From an uncultured Dehalococcoidia bacterium (GTDB lineage: Bacteria > Chloroflexota > Dehalococcoidia > Lucifugimonadales > UBA1127), in the NCBI GenBank assembly GCA_964625945.1, contig CAZVDP010000015.1, positions 6,703-70,702 on the forward strand: a stretch of 64,000 nucleotides of DNA. Direction: 5' to 3'. Both the position numbers and the translations under genes were made by a program. Positions 8,115 to 18,345 of this stretch are shown in pieces; the stretch's first letter is position 1; every line of letters begins with the position of its first letter. The notes below the pieces were generated by a model. That model did no database searches, was not told where the DNA came from, and saw only the letters and a list, made by a program, of their open reading frames with translations.

Positions 8115-9482
8115 ATGATAAACTCTGCTCCTTCCAACCAACCAACATTACCCACAGTAGCGATCGTGGGCAGGCCGAATGTCGGCAAGTCCACATTCTT
8201 CAATCGACTACTTCGGGAACGGTTGTCCGTGGTTCATGATAACCCAGGCACCACACGCGACCGATTAGCTGCAAGGGTGATATCAGAAAACACGTCGTTT
8301 CTACTCGTTGACACCGGTGGCATTGTTCTCGATCACACGGACGAGATGGAAGAAAAGATTCGCGCGCAAGCTGATATCGCTATAGACGATGCGGATTTGA
8401 TAATTCTTATCACCGATGCGATGACAGGATTACACCCCGCAGACAAAGAACTAGCAAATCTCCTAAGACGTCGGGAAACCCCTGTGATTGTAGTCGTAAA
8501 TAAGTGTGACACACCCACAAGAAATATGGCCATTCCGGAGTTCTATCAATTAGGCCTAGGCGACCCGATCCCTATCAGCGCGCTACACAACCGCGGAGTG
8601 AGTGCAGCAATTGATCAGATTGAAGCACTGCTGCCCAGTGCGGCACTCGGAGAAGAAGAACAGGACGGTGTTTTACGACTCGCTTTGGTCGGAAGACCGA
8701 ATGTTGGGAAATCAACATTATTGAACGCAATCTTAGGAGTCGAACGTTCAATTGTCACAGACACGCCCGGAACCACTCGGGATGCGGTAGATACCTCTTT
8801 TGAATTCAAAGGGAAGCAGCTGGTCTTGATCGATACCGCTGGCCTCAGAAGGAGAGGGCATATCAAACCTGGTGTCGAGCGCTACAGTTCCCTACGCGTG
8901 TTTCAAGCAATAGAGCGGTGTGATGTTGCCGTTCTCATCCTCGATGTTACTGAGATGGTAACTGCTCAGGATACCCATATTGCCGGCGCGGTTCAGAACG
9001 CTTCCCGAGGCCTAGTGGTAGCAATCAACAAATGGGATCTTGCGGAGGACGCGGAATTCGAGCAGGCAGAAGCGCGAGAAATGGTGAGAGCACGATTACC
9101 GTGGGCACCATACGCGCCCATACGATTCACGACAGGCCTGAAGGCCAAAGGGATCGAACACCTCCTTGACACAGCAACCACGGTCTACGAAGAAAGAGGG
9201 AAAGCAGTTAGTCAGAGCGATTTGGACCGAGTGCTGATTGACGCGATAGGTGCCCACCCACCACCATCCCGCGGCCTCAAACGCTTACGGATCTTTGGAG
9301 TAAACCAAACCCACACACATCCACCTACATTTTGCTTTGATGTCAACGACACAAGGTTGATTCACTTTTCATATGAACGTTTCCTCCAGAACTCCCTACG
9401 CCAGGCCTTCGGATTCCTCGGCAGTCCTATCCGCATCCATTTCAAAACAAGGGTTGCCAAGCGACGGAGATCCGCGCGCTGA
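8115..9482 (+). CDS. der: Ribosome-biogenesis GTPase Der (EngA)
   Basis: Two tandem GTPase domains (GRPNVGKST twice; DTGG/DTAG; NKCD/NKWD) and a KH-like C-terminus. Confidence 0.95.
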   Translation: MINSAPSNQPTLPTVAIVGRPNVGKSTFFNRLLRERLSVVHDNPGTTRDRLAARVISENTSFLLVDTGGIVLDHTDEMEEKIRAQADIAIDDADLIILITDAMTGLHPADKELANLLRRRETPVIVVVNKCDTPTRNMAIPEFYQLGLGDPIPISALHNRGVSAAIDQIEALLPSAALGEEEQDGVLRLALVGRPNVGKSTLLNAILGVERSIVTDTPGTTRDAVDTSFEFKGKQLVLIDTAGLRRRGHIKPGVERYSSLRVFQAIERCDVAVLILDVTEMVTAQDTHIAGAVQNASRGLVVAINKWDLAEDAEFEQAEAREMVRARLPWAPYAPIRFTTGLKAKGIEHLLDTATTVYEERGKAVSQSDLDRVLIDAIGAHPPPSRGLKRLRIFGVNQTHTHPPTFCFDVNDTRLIHFSYERFLQNSLRQAFGFLGSPIRIHFKTRVAKRRRSAR

Positions 9483-9602
9483 TCACGCTAGGGAAGAACA
9501 GCGTCCCACGAGCAAGAGTGTGCAGCGGGTTTATGATGGCTCCAGGAACAAACTCAATCGACACTCATAACAGATCGCCCTTCGAGAGCGTTGTTACGAA
9601 GC

Positions 9603-10556
9603 CTAAAGACGTTTTCTTGCAATGATCAATGCCCAATCATCCAAGTTTTCCAACTTTTCTATCACGAATCCAACACTCTCAAACTTCTTGATAACTTCCT
9701 CTTGCTGTTCTAACAAAAGTCCGGAGGCCAGCATGACTCCGCCCGGTGCCACATATCGGAACAGAGATGAAGACAACTCAGATAGTACTTTTGCGGAGAT
9801 GTTGGCAACAAGCAGGTTGCAGACTGGGACATCAGCATGAGGGATACTCCCACGCACGATACTAATCCTGCGGTCTTGTTTGTTAGCGCCAACGTTCTGC
9901 ATCGCAACTTCACAGGCTTGGCTGTCAGCATCCAGAGCAAAAACTCTTGCTGCGCCGAGCTTGGAAGCTGCGACAGCGAGGATTCCAGATCCGGTGCCCA
10001 AGTCTAGGACACGATTGCCCGGCTCCACGAACCGTTCGAGAGCCTGTAGACAAAGCATCGTGGTCTGATGGTATCCCGTCCCAAAAGCCATACCAGGGTC
10101 TAACCGTATGAGGACATCATCATGGCGGACAGCATATTTTTTCCACGTCGGGCAAATCACAATGCGACGCCCAATTCTCAGGACACCAAAATATGCCTTC
10201 CACCCCTCTTCCCAATCTCGAGGGCGTAATCTCCGCACCTTCATTGGAGGAAATTCGTGTACAAGAGAAAGGAGTCGGATTCCTGCTTCGATCCGAGCTT
10301 GGCGACCACTCAGTCGCCGATTCTCAGGCAGGTACATCTTCACCGTGACCGGCCCTTGGACTGGATGTTCGTCTTGATCGGGGTTAAATCCGCCAGCTTC
10401 CTCTATTACAGGGGACGCCTGACCGTAATATGTGAATAGTTGAACGACTGGCTCAACAAGCTCCTGCGGCACACAAACGTCGAACTCTATCCAAGTACCA
10501 GAAGCTCCCCGAGAGGGTAATGGCACGGAATGACGGTTCAGGTTCTTAGGCTTCAC
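9603..10556 (-). CDS. prmA: Ribosomal protein L11 methyltransferase
   Basis: Has PrmA N-terminal domain, the SAM motif VLDLGTGSGILA, and FGTGYHQTT. Confidence 0.9.
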   Translation of the reverse strand: MKPKNLNRHSVPLPSRGASGTWIEFDVCVPQELVEPVVQLFTYYGQASPVIEEAGGFNPDQDEHPVQGPVTVKMYLPENRRLSGRQARIEAGIRLLSLVHEFPPMKVRRLRPRDWEEGWKAYFGVLRIGRRIVICPTWKKYAVRHDDVLIRLDPGMAFGTGYHQTTMLCLQALERFVEPGNRVLDLGTGSGILAVAASKLGAARVFALDADSQACEVAMQNVGANKQDRRISIVRGSIPHADVPVCNLLVANISAKVLSELSSSLFRYVAPGGVMLASGLLLEQQEEVIKKFESVGFVIEKLENLDDWALIIARKRL

Positions 10557-10567
10557 GAGAGGCGTCC

Positions 10568-11713
10568 TTAATTTTTCTGCGTGCCGATTGCACCTTTGAA
10601 ACGACTAATCCACGAATGATCTCGATGAGATTTCTTAGCAGGCTTATCTCCGAGTTCCTGCCCCAGCTCTTCGAAGAGCCCTCTAGTTTTCTGATTAAGT
10701 TGCCGCGGGGTAACAACTGTGACCTCCACCAACAAATCACCACGACGCCGATGGCTGACATTCGGAAGACCTTTCCCTTTCAATTTCAAAACTGTTCCTG
10801 ACTGGATCCCCCCCGGGATCTTTAATTCGTGAACCTGATCATCTACCAGAGGAATGGGAAGGGTTGCGCCCAGTGTCGCCTCAGCAACATTCACTGTCAT
10901 CTCCAAGATGAGATGGTCTCCTTGGCGTCTGAAAAACTCGTGTGGGACGACCGCAATGGTAATATACACGTCACCTGAAGGCCCGCCTGCAAGTCCAGCG
11001 TCTCCCTCGCCTCGCATTCGTAGTTGCATCCCATCATCAATGCCAGGAGGAAGCTTCACTTTAAGATCACGCAACTGTTTTACCCTGGCACGACCCTCAC
11101 AAGTTGAGCAGGGATTTGGAATGGTTTTGCCTTCGCCTCGGCAAACGCTACACGTAACAATCTGAACAAACTGCCCGAAGAATCCAGAATTTGCTCGTCG
11201 AATCTGACCAGATCCACGACAATTTTCGCAAACCGATGGACTTGTCCCGGATGCACAGCGGCTTCCCTTGCAGCTTTCGCACGTCTCTTGCCGTTCCACA
11301 CGGAATTCCGATTCAGTGCCAAATGCCGCATCCTGAAACGAAATGGTCAGAGCATGATGAAGGTCAGCACCCCTACGAGGCCCCGTCTCCCGACTGATAT
11401 CAAAGCCGCCGAAGAATGCATCGAAAATGTCGCCAAACCCTGCGGAAAAGCCAACTCCATCGAAGCCACGTCCTCCCGCGGAGCCGTCTATATCAGCGTG
11501 TCCGAATCGATCGTAAAATTGACGTTTCTCAGGGTCAACTAATACCTGGTATGCCTCGTTGACTTCCTTGAATCGGTCAGTTGCCTCAGTACTCTTGTTC
11601 CGATCTGGATGCCATTCCATCGCCTGTTTACGGAATGCTCGCCTGACATCTTCTTCGGTCGCGTCGCGCGCGACTCCCAAAATCTCGTAATAATCTCTTT
11701 TAGCACCTTGCAT
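10568..11713 (-). CDS. dnaJ: Molecular chaperone DnaJ
   Basis: J-domain with HPD (EWHPDRN), G/F-rich region, and four CxxCxG zinc-finger repeats. Confidence 0.95.
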   Translation of the reverse strand: MQGAKRDYYEILGVARDATEEDVRRAFRKQAMEWHPDRNKSTEATDRFKEVNEAYQVLVDPEKRQFYDRFGHADIDGSAGGRGFDGVGFSAGFGDIFDAFFGGFDISRETGPRRGADLHHALTISFQDAAFGTESEFRVERQETCESCKGSRCASGTSPSVCENCRGSGQIRRANSGFFGQFVQIVTCSVCRGEGKTIPNPCSTCEGRARVKQLRDLKVKLPPGIDDGMQLRMRGEGDAGLAGGPSGDVYITIAVVPHEFFRRQGDHLILEMTVNVAEATLGATLPIPLVDDQVHELKIPGGIQSGTVLKLKGKGLPNVSHRRRGDLLVEVTVVTPRQLNQKTRGLFEELGQELGDKPAKKSHRDHSWISRFKGAIGTQKN

Positions 11714-11771
11714 ACGTCAAAAACCTACAGAAAGACACTTTGAAGAATTATGCTTCAGGAAGCGAGAATTG

Positions 11772-12392
11772 TTAAGCTGCAGCATTACCAGTCGATTCAA
11801 CATTTTGGTTCGTAGGAGATTCCTCAGTTGAAGAATGGGTTTCTGCCTCCTTGCCTCCCCCTACGGTAACCAAAGCTGGTCTGATGAGCCGCTTTTGGAG
11901 CAGATAGCCTTTTTGAACTACTGACACAACTTTGCCAGGTTCGCCAGACACCTGCGCGATGGCCTCATGGATGAGAGGATCAAAGTCCTTACCTTCCGCC
12001 TCTACTTCTGCCAGTCCATGTGCACCCAAGATCGCCTGGAATTTTCGGAAAATAAGGCCAATCCCGTCTACCCAAGTCAAAGCCTGAACTTCCGGAGCTA
12101 TATTGCCTAAAGCACGTTCCAAATCATCCATGATCGGCAGCAAATCGGAAAAGACTGCCGCACGAACCAGAGAACTCAGTTCTCCCCGCTCACGCTCAAC
12201 CTGATTCCGATAGTTTGCCAAGTCAGCCTGCGCTCGTTGCCAGTTTGCCAATAAACGCTCCGCACGCTGGGCCAACTCCTCCTCTCGATCCTCAGACCGA
12301 TCGCCCTCCACACCTTGATCGTCTATAGCATCAACTGTCGCAGAATCATTCGTCGCATCGTTTGAAATATCGTCCTCATCACACTTTTTCAC
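11772..12392 (-). CDS. grpE: Nucleotide exchange factor GrpE
   Basis: Acidic N-terminus, coiled-coil region (ANWQRAQADLANYRNQVERE) and GrpE C-terminal beta domain. Confidence 0.9.
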   Translation of the reverse strand: MKKCDEDDISNDATNDSATVDAIDDQGVEGDRSEDREEELAQRAERLLANWQRAQADLANYRNQVERERGELSSLVRAAVFSDLLPIMDDLERALGNIAPEVQALTWVDGIGLIFRKFQAILGAHGLAEVEAEGKDFDPLIHEAIAQVSGEPGKVVSVVQKGYLLQKRLIRPALVTVGGGKEAETHSSTEESPTNQNVESTGNAAA

Positions 12393-12408
12393 AATGTCAC
12401 CTCAGGCT

Positions 12409-13446
12409 TTACGCAGGAAATGTAGGACTCTCAGAACCTTCAAGCAACTCACCTAATAAACTTGACAGATAGTGCACCCCTGCCATTGCACGCTGATACT
12501 CCATGCGTGTAGGCCCGAGTATCGCTATCGTCCCAGTAATGCTACCAGGTGTCCCATATTGGGTTACTATTACACTTAGAGGCTTTAACGCAGCATCATG
12601 ATTCTCATGACCAATGACGACTCTAAGGGCTCCTACTTCTGGCGCCTCCCGTAAGATAGCTTCCACAAGACGTCGTTCTTCTAAGGCTTCAACTAAGACC
12701 CTAGCCGTATGCACAGCGTCAAATTCAGGTTCTGCAAGGAGATGTCGAAGTCCTTCAATAAAGTAATCAGAAGCCAACGCACGGTCCTCTACTTCGAGCG
12801 CACCGATAATTCCATCGCGTACCGCAGTTTCAGTGCCGTCTAGAGAAGCCTCACTCAGCAAAATCTCCTTACGTGACAGGCCTTCGAAATACCGATTCAG
12901 TTTACTAGCCAGCATGTTCACGTGGTATGGATCGACATAGTGATCAAGACGAAGTAGAGATTTGTGCACTTTTCCTTCACCAAGGACAACAACTAAGAGT
13001 AAAAGCGATGCTCCCACTGACACTGTAGCCACGTGACGAAGACGAGCCTCAGAAGCTCGAGGCATCGTGACAACGGCCAGATTCTTCGTCACATCCGAGA
13101 GGCTTCGAACGGCGACTTGAGTCCACAGTTCAGGATCCCATAGAACGCGGCCGATCCTCAAACGGAGGTCCCGCTGGACGTCTCTCGGCAGGATTGGTGG
13201 CTGCATTACAAGCTGTACACAGTATCTATAAGCGGCGTCACCTGGTATCCCACCGGAGGAAATGTGCGGCCGCGTGATATACCCTGCTTCTTCGAGCGTA
13301 GCCATTTCGTTGCGCACAGTCGCTGGACTCAACTGGAGCCCGGCACGGCGCACCAAGGCCTCGGAGCTAACAGGCGCGGCGGTTGCCACGTATTCGCCAA
13401 CAATAAATTGAAGCAGTGTTGCCTGCCGTCGCGTAAGGACTTCCAT
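12409..13446 (-). CDS. hrcA: Heat-inducible transcription repressor HrcA
   Basis: N-terminal wHTH (LTRRQATLLQFIV...SPATVRNEMATLEEAGYITRPHISSGGIPG) and 345 aa length. Confidence 0.9.
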   Translation of the reverse strand: MEVLTRRQATLLQFIVGEYVATAAPVSSEALVRRAGLQLSPATVRNEMATLEEAGYITRPHISSGGIPGDAAYRYCVQLVMQPPILPRDVQRDLRLRIGRVLWDPELWTQVAVRSLSDVTKNLAVVTMPRASEARLRHVATVSVGASLLLLVVVLGEGKVHKSLLRLDHYVDPYHVNMLASKLNRYFEGLSRKEILLSEASLDGTETAVRDGIIGALEVEDRALASDYFIEGLRHLLAEPEFDAVHTARVLVEALEERRLVEAILREAPEVGALRVVIGHENHDAALKPLSVIVTQYGTPGSITGTIAILGPTRMEYQRAMAGVHYLSSLLGELLEGSESPTFPA

Positions 13447-13453
13447 GGGGCTT

Positions 13454-13480
13454 TTAGCACTCTCGCGTCTAGACTGCCAA
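13454..13480 (-). promoter_or_regulatory. CIRCE-like HrcA operator
   Basis: TTAGCACTC-N9-GACTGCCAA on the + strand, against the consensus TTAGCACTC-N9-GAGTGCTAA (2 mismatches in one arm). It sits 8 nt upstream of the hrcA start. Confidence 0.55.
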
Positions 13481-13546
13481 CTCTATTGGAACCTAGCATG
13501 GGAGGCACAGCCTGTCAAGGTAAAAATAGCCACTGAAACCGCCAGA

Positions 13547-14479
13547 TTAGTCTTGCGGAGGTCCCTCTGGATAATGCTCCATCCACCAGTTCGCGATATC
13601 CTTCCGGCGAGCAAACCAGACCCCACGACGAGAAAGAGCATAGTCAAGAAAACGTCTCAATGCCATCGACTTCGCTGGGGTTCCCAATGTACGGCAGTGA
13701 AGCCCAATAGACATCATTTTCGGATGGGTGGCACCTTCAGCGTATAACGTATCAAAGGCGTCCACCATGTTCTCATAAAGATCGTTGGCTTTTGTCATCC
13801 CCCCGCCACGCCAAAACCCTCCGTCATTAACCTCCAATGAATAGGGAATTACTAGCCAAGGTTTCCCTTGGACTTGCTCGTAATAGGGAAGGTCGTCATT
13901 ATACGCGTTACAGTCATACAAAAATCCCCCCTCTTCCATCAAAAGTTCCCGCGTGTTCAGACTCGCACTAGAGCGGATATACCAACCAAGCGGCCGCTCC
14001 CCACAAGTTTTTTCAATCGATTCGACGCATTTTCGAATCGCCTCTTTCTCTTGCTCGCGGGGCATATCATAGTACGATTCCCAACGATAACCATGCCCCA
14101 TTACTTCATGTCCGCGTCGGATCACTTCTTTTCCCACTATCGGGTTCCGTTCAAGTGCAACCGCGCAGCCATAGATTGTTGCTTTGACGCGGAATTCATC
14201 CAGGATATCCATGAGGCGCCATACGCCAGCTCGACTCCCATATTCCACCATTGTTTCCTGTGCCAGATCTCGCATCCCCTCAGGAAGTGGAGATAGCCCA
14301 CCGTTGGCAGCCTCCTGCCTAGGATAGCCGTCGAGAATGGAAGCTTCTGAACCCTCTTCATAATTGACTACTACCGAAATAGCTATTCTCGCTCCGCCAG
14401 GCCACTCAATTCTTGGTCGGTTTGGTCCATACCCTACAAAGTCGCGTTCCATAACATTCCCTCCTCGGATGATTGGCAT
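13547..14479 (-). CDS. puuE: PuuE-type allantoinase (polysaccharide deacetylase family, urate catabolism protein)
   Basis: Long collinear similarity to PuuE as I recall it: GYGPN.P...WPGGARIA.S.V.NYEEG, EYGSRAGVWR, GERPLGWY, EEGGFLYD, IPY.L..ND and SIGLHCR. Confidence 0.8.
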   Translation of the reverse strand: MPIIRGGNVMERDFVGYGPNRPRIEWPGGARIAISVVVNYEEGSEASILDGYPRQEAANGGLSPLPEGMRDLAQETMVEYGSRAGVWRLMDILDEFRVKATIYGCAVALERNPIVGKEVIRRGHEVMGHGYRWESYYDMPREQEKEAIRKCVESIEKTCGERPLGWYIRSSASLNTRELLMEEGGFLYDCNAYNDDLPYYEQVQGKPWLVIPYSLEVNDGGFWRGGGMTKANDLYENMVDAFDTLYAEGATHPKMMSIGLHCRTLGTPAKSMALRRFLDYALSRRGVWFARRKDIANWWMEHYPEGPPQD

Positions 14480-14553
14480 TTTCCTATTATAGCTCGCATT
14501 TTTCCTTATGGTCCAAGCTGCCTTGTTTCAGACAGTCATTCGATAGAACTTCC

Positions 14554-14582
14554 TTGACCCTCCTACCGGACACATCTAGAAT
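14554..14582 (+). promoter_or_regulatory. Candidate sigma70-type promoter for the TPP-enzyme gene
   Basis: TTGACC (14554-14559), 17-nt spacer, TAGAAT (14577-14582). The gene start at 14650 is preceded by GGGGAGGG. Confidence 0.4.
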
Positions 14583-14649
14583 GACTCCACTCACAGGCTG
14601 GGTTTCCCCTTGAAGGTATCACGAAACGACGTAGGGGAGGGCAACAACC

Positions 14650-16305
14650 TTGTTAGGGGGAAACGTGAAGAGTACAGCAGCGATAGCACAGATTTTGAAA
14701 CAAGAAGGGGTTACCCTCGTTGGGTGTATCCCTTCACACCCGCTGCTTGATGCCTTAGCTCTCGAAGACATCCGGCTAATCATCCCACGCCAAGAGCGCG
14801 TAGGCATCAACATGATGGACGCGTACAGCCGCGTAACTAACGGTCAGCGCATAGGGGTCTTCTTGATGCAAGCCCAAGCCGGAGCGGAGAACGGCTACCC
14901 TGGCGTAGCACAAGCCCATGACGATTCTACCCCCATGTTACTTATACCCACAGGAGCATCACGCAACAGGATTGGCGTCCACCCGACCTTCGACACTATT
15001 CGGAGTTATGCAACGATAACCAAATGGGCAGATCGAATCAACATGTCAACACGGATCTCCGAGGTGTTCCGAAGAGCCTTCTCCGCACTAAGGACAGGCC
15101 GTCCCGGACCAATCCTCCTTGAACTACCTACAGACGTCGCGACGGAAGAGATCAACGAATCAGACGTGGCTTACCAACCGGTTTCTCCACACAGGTCATC
15201 AGGTGACCCTTCTGACATCTCAGCAGCCGTGACAGCTTTGTTGGAGGCACGGCTACCGGTATTGCATGCGGGCCAAGGAGTACTGTATGCCCAAGCTTGG
15301 AACGAACTCATACGACTGGCAGAACTTTTGAATGCTCCTGTAATGACCACTCTCGGGGCCAAAGGAGTATTCCCTGAGGACCACCCCCTCTCTCTGGGAT
15401 CTGGGGGATCGACAACCACAGCCGCTGTCGTACACTTTCTCACAGAGGCAGACCTCGTATTCGGGGTTGGGTGTAGCCTCACCCGAACCGAATTCGGAGT
15501 CAAGATCCCTTCAGGGAAAGTCATAATCCATAACACCAATAGCAGCGAAGACCTGAATAAAGACTATGTGACGGATCACGCCATTCTCGGTGATACCAAG
15601 CTGGTTCTTCAACAAATCATCCAAGAATTGGAAGGGCGTGGCACGGCCCAACGGGGATCTCCGGAAATTACTGAGACGATCAAGTCAGTTAAAGAAAGCT
15701 GGATGTCGGCTTGGGCCCCCAAGATGAGATCCGAAGAGATTCCGATCAACCCGTACCGGGTGGTTTGGGATCTCATGCAAACTCTAGACCGACATGAATC
15801 GATAGTGATCCCCGACTCTGGGAGCCCCCGTGATGAGCTGTCGCCATTTTTTGAAACCTTGGAGCCAAGGGGGTTTATCGGATGGGGAAAATCCACGCAA
15901 CTCGGATCAAGCTTGGGCTTCGCCATGGGAGCGAAACTAGCTGCTCCTGACAAAGTGGTTGTAAATGTTATGGGAGATACGGCGTTCGGAATGGTAGGCT
16001 TGGATTTCGAAACAGCTGTACGAGAAAAGATCCCTATCATCACCATCGTCCTGAACAATTCCGGGATGGGAATCTATGGACCGGACCAATTCCCCATAGC
16101 TCAAGAGCGCTACCATATCAAAGACGTTACCGGAAGGTATGCGGATGTCGTCGCAGCTATGGGTGGACATAGCCGTCGAGTAGAGCAGCCTATAGAAGTT
16201 GTCGACGCGATTAAGGAAGCAATCAATCTCGTAAAGAATGGTCAACCAGCGTTCATAGAGGTCATCACCTGCAAAGAACACGCCTTCTCTGACCGATTAC
16301 GCTAA
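14650..16305 (+). CDS. Thiamine-pyrophosphate-dependent enzyme (acetolactate synthase/sulfoacetaldehyde acetyltransferase-like superfamily)
   Basis: 551 aa with the three-domain TPP-enzyme layout. Has the C-terminal TPP motif GDTAFGM...NN. Substrate is unknown. Confidence 0.75.
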   Translation: MLGGNVKSTAAIAQILKQEGVTLVGCIPSHPLLDALALEDIRLIIPRQERVGINMMDAYSRVTNGQRIGVFLMQAQAGAENGYPGVAQAHDDSTPMLLIPTGASRNRIGVHPTFDTIRSYATITKWADRINMSTRISEVFRRAFSALRTGRPGPILLELPTDVATEEINESDVAYQPVSPHRSSGDPSDISAAVTALLEARLPVLHAGQGVLYAQAWNELIRLAELLNAPVMTTLGAKGVFPEDHPLSLGSGGSTTTAAVVHFLTEADLVFGVGCSLTRTEFGVKIPSGKVIIHNTNSSEDLNKDYVTDHAILGDTKLVLQQIIQELEGRGTAQRGSPEITETIKSVKESWMSAWAPKMRSEEIPINPYRVVWDLMQTLDRHESIVIPDSGSPRDELSPFFETLEPRGFIGWGKSTQLGSSLGFAMGAKLAAPDKVVVNVMGDTAFGMVGLDFETAVREKIPIITIVLNNSGMGIYGPDQFPIAQERYHIKDVTGRYADVVAAMGGHSRRVEQPIEVVDAIKEAINLVKNGQPAFIEVITCKEHAFSDRLR

Positions 16306-16337
16306 GTCCACACGGAATAGGGACACGCTGAATCGAC

Positions 16338-16934
16338 ATGCTTGATGCACGATATCTGCCTGAAGACCCGATCGCCTTGTTTGATACTTGGCTCGCAGCT
16401 GCGAAACAAACCGTTATGCCGCTTCCAGAAAGCATGGCCCTCGCGACAACAGATCTGTCAGGGCATCCATCTGTACGAATGGTCATGCTCCACATGGCGA
16501 CATCACAAGGATTTACGTTCTACACTGATTATGAAAGTCGAAAGGGACAAGAACTCGCAAAGAACCCGAAAGCAAGTCTCTTATTTTTCTGGAGCAGCCT
16601 GGGGTGCCAAGTCCGTATCGAAGGCGATGTAAGCAAATTACCTGGTCAAGAATCAGACAAGTACTTCGAAGGCCGACCACGAGAAAGCCAGCTGGCTGCA
16701 TGGGCGTCCAAGCAAAGCAGCATAATCGCTGGGCGCGATGAGCTTGTAGAGGAGTGGGGAAAGTACAACCGGCAATTCCCCGGTGATGTCCCTCGCCCCC
16801 AAAGATGGGGGGGATATCGATTGCATCACCAACTGGTGGAGTTCTGGAAAGGTGACCAGCATCGTCTCCATGACCGCATCTTATACACGCGTCAAAATGC
16901 GAACAGTTGGTCGGTCGCACGAATATCCCCGTAG
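16338..16934 (+). CDS. pdxH: Pyridoxamine 5'-phosphate oxidase
   Basis: 198 aa with RMVMLH, FYTDYESRKG, and the WGGYRL...EFWKGDQHRLHDR C-terminal signature. Confidence 0.9.
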   Translation: MLDARYLPEDPIALFDTWLAAAKQTVMPLPESMALATTDLSGHPSVRMVMLHMATSQGFTFYTDYESRKGQELAKNPKASLLFFWSSLGCQVRIEGDVSKLPGQESDKYFEGRPRESQLAAWASKQSSIIAGRDELVEEWGKYNRQFPGDVPRPQRWGGYRLHHQLVEFWKGDQHRLHDRILYTRQNANSWSVARISP

Positions 16935-17061
16935 AAACTAGATTCCCTCGGCAAACCTTAACGCGAGAGCCCGTCTGATGTTGCTAGTTATCATCGTCTA
17001 CTTGAAGACAGCCATGGGTTGACGGACTTTATTGGGCTGAGGCACTCAATACAAATGTTCA

Positions 17062-17070
17062 TGATACAAT
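17062..17070 (+). promoter_or_regulatory. Extended -10 element (TGaTACAAT) upstream of the MscS-family gene
   Basis: Located about 40 nt upstream of the ATG at 17110. Confidence 0.3.
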
Positions 17071-17109
17071 TAGCTAGTAGGTCATCCTAACAAAAGCAGG
17101 ATCATCGGC

Positions 17110-18270
17110 ATGTCCGATATCTCGATAGGACCCCTAGTATTTACCGAGGCAATTTGGCAGTGGGTCTACTCCGGTGCCATCCTCGTTGTATTTCTGTTCG
17201 TTGAAGCTATTGCATTCCTCATCTTACACAAAGCCGCCCGCAGGCTTACTGTCGGTAGACGGAACCAGATTGGCGGGCGGCTCATTAGCGCTGTCAGGCG
17301 CCAGGTATACTTGATCATCTTCGTTCAAGGGCTGTTCCTTGCTGCTGCTCCTATAAAGGCACTGGATCCCTGGGCTGAGCAAATTCGCACTGCCTGGGCC
17401 ATCACGCTCATTATTCTTGTGGGCCTTTCGTGTGCTCGGCTCGCGAGCGAATTTTTCACCTGGTACGGACGCTACGTTGCTCCCAGGCGCAAAGGGGATT
17501 TCACCAGTCGCCTAATACCTGGACTACGCCGGATCTCATCGTTAGCAATCTATGTCATCCTGGTGATGCTCATCTTGGATCAACTCGCGATCTCAATCAC
17601 ACCGCTAATCGCCGGTTTTGGCATTGGCGGTCTCGCCGTTGCCCTTGCATTGCAGCCAACTTTAAGCAACTTTTTTGCCGGAACGTACCTAGTATCAGGC
17701 GACATCTTGACTCCCGGAGACTATGTTTCCCTGGAAACCGGTTTGACGGGATACATTGTCGAAGTAGGGTGGAGAAGTACGAGGCTTCGCACCCCCTATA
17801 ACAACCTCGTCATAATTCCTAACTCGCGTTTAGCCGATAGTATCCTTACCAACTACTATGGGCCCAGCATGGATATGGGCGTCATAGTCGAAGCTGGAGT
17901 AAGTTACGACAGCGATCTTGCTCATGTCGAACGAGTTGCTTTGGACGTAACAACCCAAATGATAGAAGAGCTGGATGAAGCCAAGAAACCATACACTCCC
18001 TGGTTTGGGTTTGAACGGTTCGGAGATTCGAACATCGACTTCTGGGTCTGGCTCGAAGCGAAAGACTTCATAGGATCGTTTAAATTGAAATCCGAACTGA
18101 TTAAGCGACTCCATCAACGGTTTGCAATTGAAGGGATTGAGATCAACTACCCAGTCCGAAAGCTCGTCTACCCGTCTGGGAACGAGAAACGGACGGCAAA
18201 GGAGATCCAGGAACTTCGATCAACAGCTGAGTCGCCCAGGGTCGAGGGCGGACAATCGCCTACCACTTAG
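17110..18270 (+). CDS. Mechanosensitive ion channel (MscS family)
   Basis: N-terminal TM helices, then the MscS beta-domain signature (GDYV...GYIVEVGWRSTRLRT.YNNLVIIPNS). Confidence 0.85.
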   Translation: MSDISIGPLVFTEAIWQWVYSGAILVVFLFVEAIAFLILHKAARRLTVGRRNQIGGRLISAVRRQVYLIIFVQGLFLAAAPIKALDPWAEQIRTAWAITLIILVGLSCARLASEFFTWYGRYVAPRRKGDFTSRLIPGLRRISSLAIYVILVMLILDQLAISITPLIAGFGIGGLAVALALQPTLSNFFAGTYLVSGDILTPGDYVSLETGLTGYIVEVGWRSTRLRTPYNNLVIIPNSRLADSILTNYYGPSMDMGVIVEAGVSYDSDLAHVERVALDVTTQMIEELDEAKKPYTPWFGFERFGDSNIDFWVWLEAKDFIGSFKLKSELIKRLHQRFAIEGIEINYPVRKLVYPSGNEKRTAKEIQELRSTAESPRVEGGQSPTT

Positions 18271-18345
18271 ATATGTCCGCTCTCTGTATCTAGCATATCT
18301 CGACTCACGAATGCCTAAAGCACGACTTCTATTTCTGGGGCGTAG

